From positions 363 to 64,362 of the forward strand of contig JBPCMI010000140.1 in the NCBI GenBank assembly GCA_051002415.1: DNA of 64,000 nucleotides, given 5' to 3'. Each line of letters begins with the position of its first letter. Positions within the stretch are counted from its first letter, which is position 1. This DNA comes from Pyrinomonadaceae bacterium. GTDB lineage: Bacteria; Acidobacteriota; Blastocatellia; Pyrinomonadales; Pyrinomonadaceae. Position numbers and translations under genes: made by a program. Positions 62,571 to 64,000 of this stretch are shown one piece after another. Below the pieces are notes generated by a model. It was not told the origin of the DNA. It made no database searches and saw only the letters and a program-made list of their open reading frames with translations.

Positions 62571-64000
62571 ATGCCAAGACTAAAGTCGCGGATTGCCCTG
62601 GCGATGATCGCTTTAGTTTCGCTGGGAGCGTTACCTACTCGCTTCTCCCACGCGCAACGCAGCGCCATCGACACCTACGCCATTACTAACGCGCGCATCG
62701 TTCCCGTTTCCGGGCCGGCAATTGAACGCGGCTCAGTCGTGATTCGCGACGGGTTGATCGCCGCGGTGGGGCCAAACGTTTCCATTCCCGCAGACGCGCG
62801 CATCATTGATGGGAATGGACTGACTGTCTATCCCGGTCTCTTCGATTCCAATACGTCTTTGGGAATGCCGCAGCCGTCTCCTTCACCGGCGGCCACGCCG
62901 GGTGGCGGAGGTTTCGGAGGACAGCGCCCCCAGGCAGCCATTTTAACGGCACTGAACTCTTCGCAACCGGCGGGATTACAACCGGAGCTTCTGGCCGAAG
63001 ATTTCATTAAGCCCGGCGGAGACCAGATCGAAGCTGCTCGGCAGCTGGGAATCACTACTGCGTTGTCAGCGCCACGACAGGGTATCTGGATGGGCCAGTC
63101 AGCTTTGATCAATCTAGCTGGTGATACGACTCAAGAGATGATCGTGCGTTCGCCGGTGGCCTTGCATATCGGTTTCACTCCGTTGCGTAGCGGCGTCTAC
63201 CCCAACTCATTGATGGGCGTCTTTGCAGTGTTGCGCCAAATGATGCTAGACGCCGGCCGCTATCGCGAGGCTCAGCAGGCTTACGCGCGATCGCCGCGTG
63301 GTATGAAGCGACCCGATCAGGATCGGGCGTTGGCGGCGCTGCTACCCGTGCTCGATGGGTCGCTGCCGGTGATCATGTACGCGGACAGTGAAAGAGAAAT
63401 TACCAGGGCACTTGATCTCGCCGAGGAATTTAAGCTGCGCGCGATCATCGCGGGCGGCCTCGAGGCCGGTAAAGTTGCGGGCCGGCTGCGTGAACGAAAC
63501 GTGCCGGTGCTGCTTTCGCTTAATTTTCCGCGCCGCACAACGGCAGCGATGCCGGAAGCTGATCCCGAGCCGCTCAGAGTGTTACGCGAACGCGTGGAAG
63601 CGCAGAAGACAGCGGGACGATTGGCTTCAGCACGCGTGAAGTTTGCTTTTCAATCCGGGGCAATGACAAGCACCAGTGACTTCTATCCCAACATCGCCCG
63701 CGCTATCGAGAACGGCCTTTCTCGGGAAGATGCATTGCGCGCGCTGACGCTTTCCGCGGCTGAGATACTTTGCGTCAATGATCGGATGGGCTCGATAGAA
63801 GCTGGAAAGATCGCGAACCTGACAGTTACGCGCGGCGAGCTCTTCACACGCACTCCGACGTTTGCCCATGTCTTCATTGATGGCCGTCCGGTCGACCTGA
63901 AGCCCGCGACCACTGTTGCTACTGACGCCGCAGCGACCGCAACTGCGACTGGTAGTTGGACCGTGACAGTAAATACAGGTTCGGCCGACCTAAATATGGC
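62571..64000 (+). CDS. Secreted amidohydrolase-fold protein, 3' end outside the window
   Basis: ATG 62571. Signal peptide MPRLKSRIALAMIALVSLGAL. N-terminal beta-sandwich pattern ITNARIVPVSG...VVIRDGLIAAVG...IDGNGLTVYPGLFDS and C-terminal GSIEAGKIANLTV. The frame is open to the window end (my own translation; not in the ORF track). Confidence 0.65.
   Translation, partial: MPRLKSRIALAMIALVSLGALPTRFSHAQRSAIDTYAITNARIVPVSGPAIERGSVVIRDGLIAAVGPNVSIPADARIIDGNGLTVYPGLFDSNTSLGMPQPSPSPAATPGGGGFGGQRPQAAILTALNSSQPAGLQPELLAEDFIKPGGDQIEAARQLGITTALSAPRQGIWMGQSALINLAGDTTQEMIVRSPVALHIGFTPLRSGVYPNSLMGVFAVLRQMMLDAGRYREAQQAYARSPRGMKRPDQDRALAALLPVLDGSLPVIMYADSEREITRALDLAEEFKLRAIIAGGLEAGKVAGRLRERNVPVLLSLNFPRRTTAAMPEADPEPLRVLRERVEAQKTAGRLASARVKFAFQSGAMTSTSDFYPNIARAIENGLSREDALRALTLSAAEILCVNDRMGSIEAGKIANLTVTRGELFTRTPTFAHVFIDGRPVDLKPATTVATDAAATATATGSWTVTVNTGSADLNM

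Noticed and set aside
62411-62689. ORF 62411-62689(+), 92 aa
   Set aside because: It begins inside the CAATTGG array and is out of frame with the much longer, motif-bearing amidohydrolase ORF that starts at 62571.
1-64000. tRNA, rRNA, tmRNA genes, prophage or integrase, toxin-antitoxin pairs
   Set aside because: I found no T-loop/acceptor-type motifs (GGTTCGAATCC-like with flanking stems) in the intergenic regions. No integrase or recombinase ORF and no small paired ORFs of TA type were seen. This was a by-eye scan only, so small RNAs could have been missed.

Overview
64-kb bacterial chromosomal window, mid-to-high GC by eye. The protein families suggest a soil Acidobacteriota-like genome, but I cannot verify that without a search.

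Housekeeping flanks, left side: a partial yggT-like gene, SRP RNA (ffs) next to dnaX, zwf-opcA, an Asp-box/BNR propeller protein, and rnhA.

Housekeeping flanks, right side: lepA, an NtrC-type two-component pair, an IMPase/CysQ-like gene, a PLP decarboxylase, an aldo/keto reductase, a DUF962-like gene, an OB+PolB-exo-like exonuclease, rmuC, a RAYT transposase flanked by REP hairpins, yggX, bcp, an addB-addA-like helicase/nuclease pair, and a partial amidohydrolase-fold gene.

The centre (about 9.8-38.9 kb) looks accessory and holds three things.

(i) Four large secreted multidomain proteins all end in the same ~175-aa C-terminal module (...FRF.VNVEALP). Three of them have a lamin-tail domain in front of it. 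They are interleaved with three GT-C/PMT-like polytopic membrane proteins. Three genes of this island are disrupted: two frameshifts and one in-frame TGA.

(ii) A compact RiPP-like operon on the minus strand. It runs: secreted protein, two paralogous TTG-initiated precursor peptides, an HPr-kinase-like kinase, a radical SAM/SPASM enzyme, a PqqD/RRE protein. An NTP_transf_5-type nucleotidyltransferase sits upstream.

(iii) An orphan lasso-type B2 protease gene about 23 kb from the operon.

The RiPP-like operon is my best candidate for an undescribed system.

Almost every intergenic region carries 7-8-nt tandem arrays, usually as inverted pairs. There is also a ~140-190-bp inverted-repeat element family with 5 copies. 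I saw no rRNA, tRNA or CRISPR array by eye. All family assignments come from motif recognition in the supplied translations; no searches were run.
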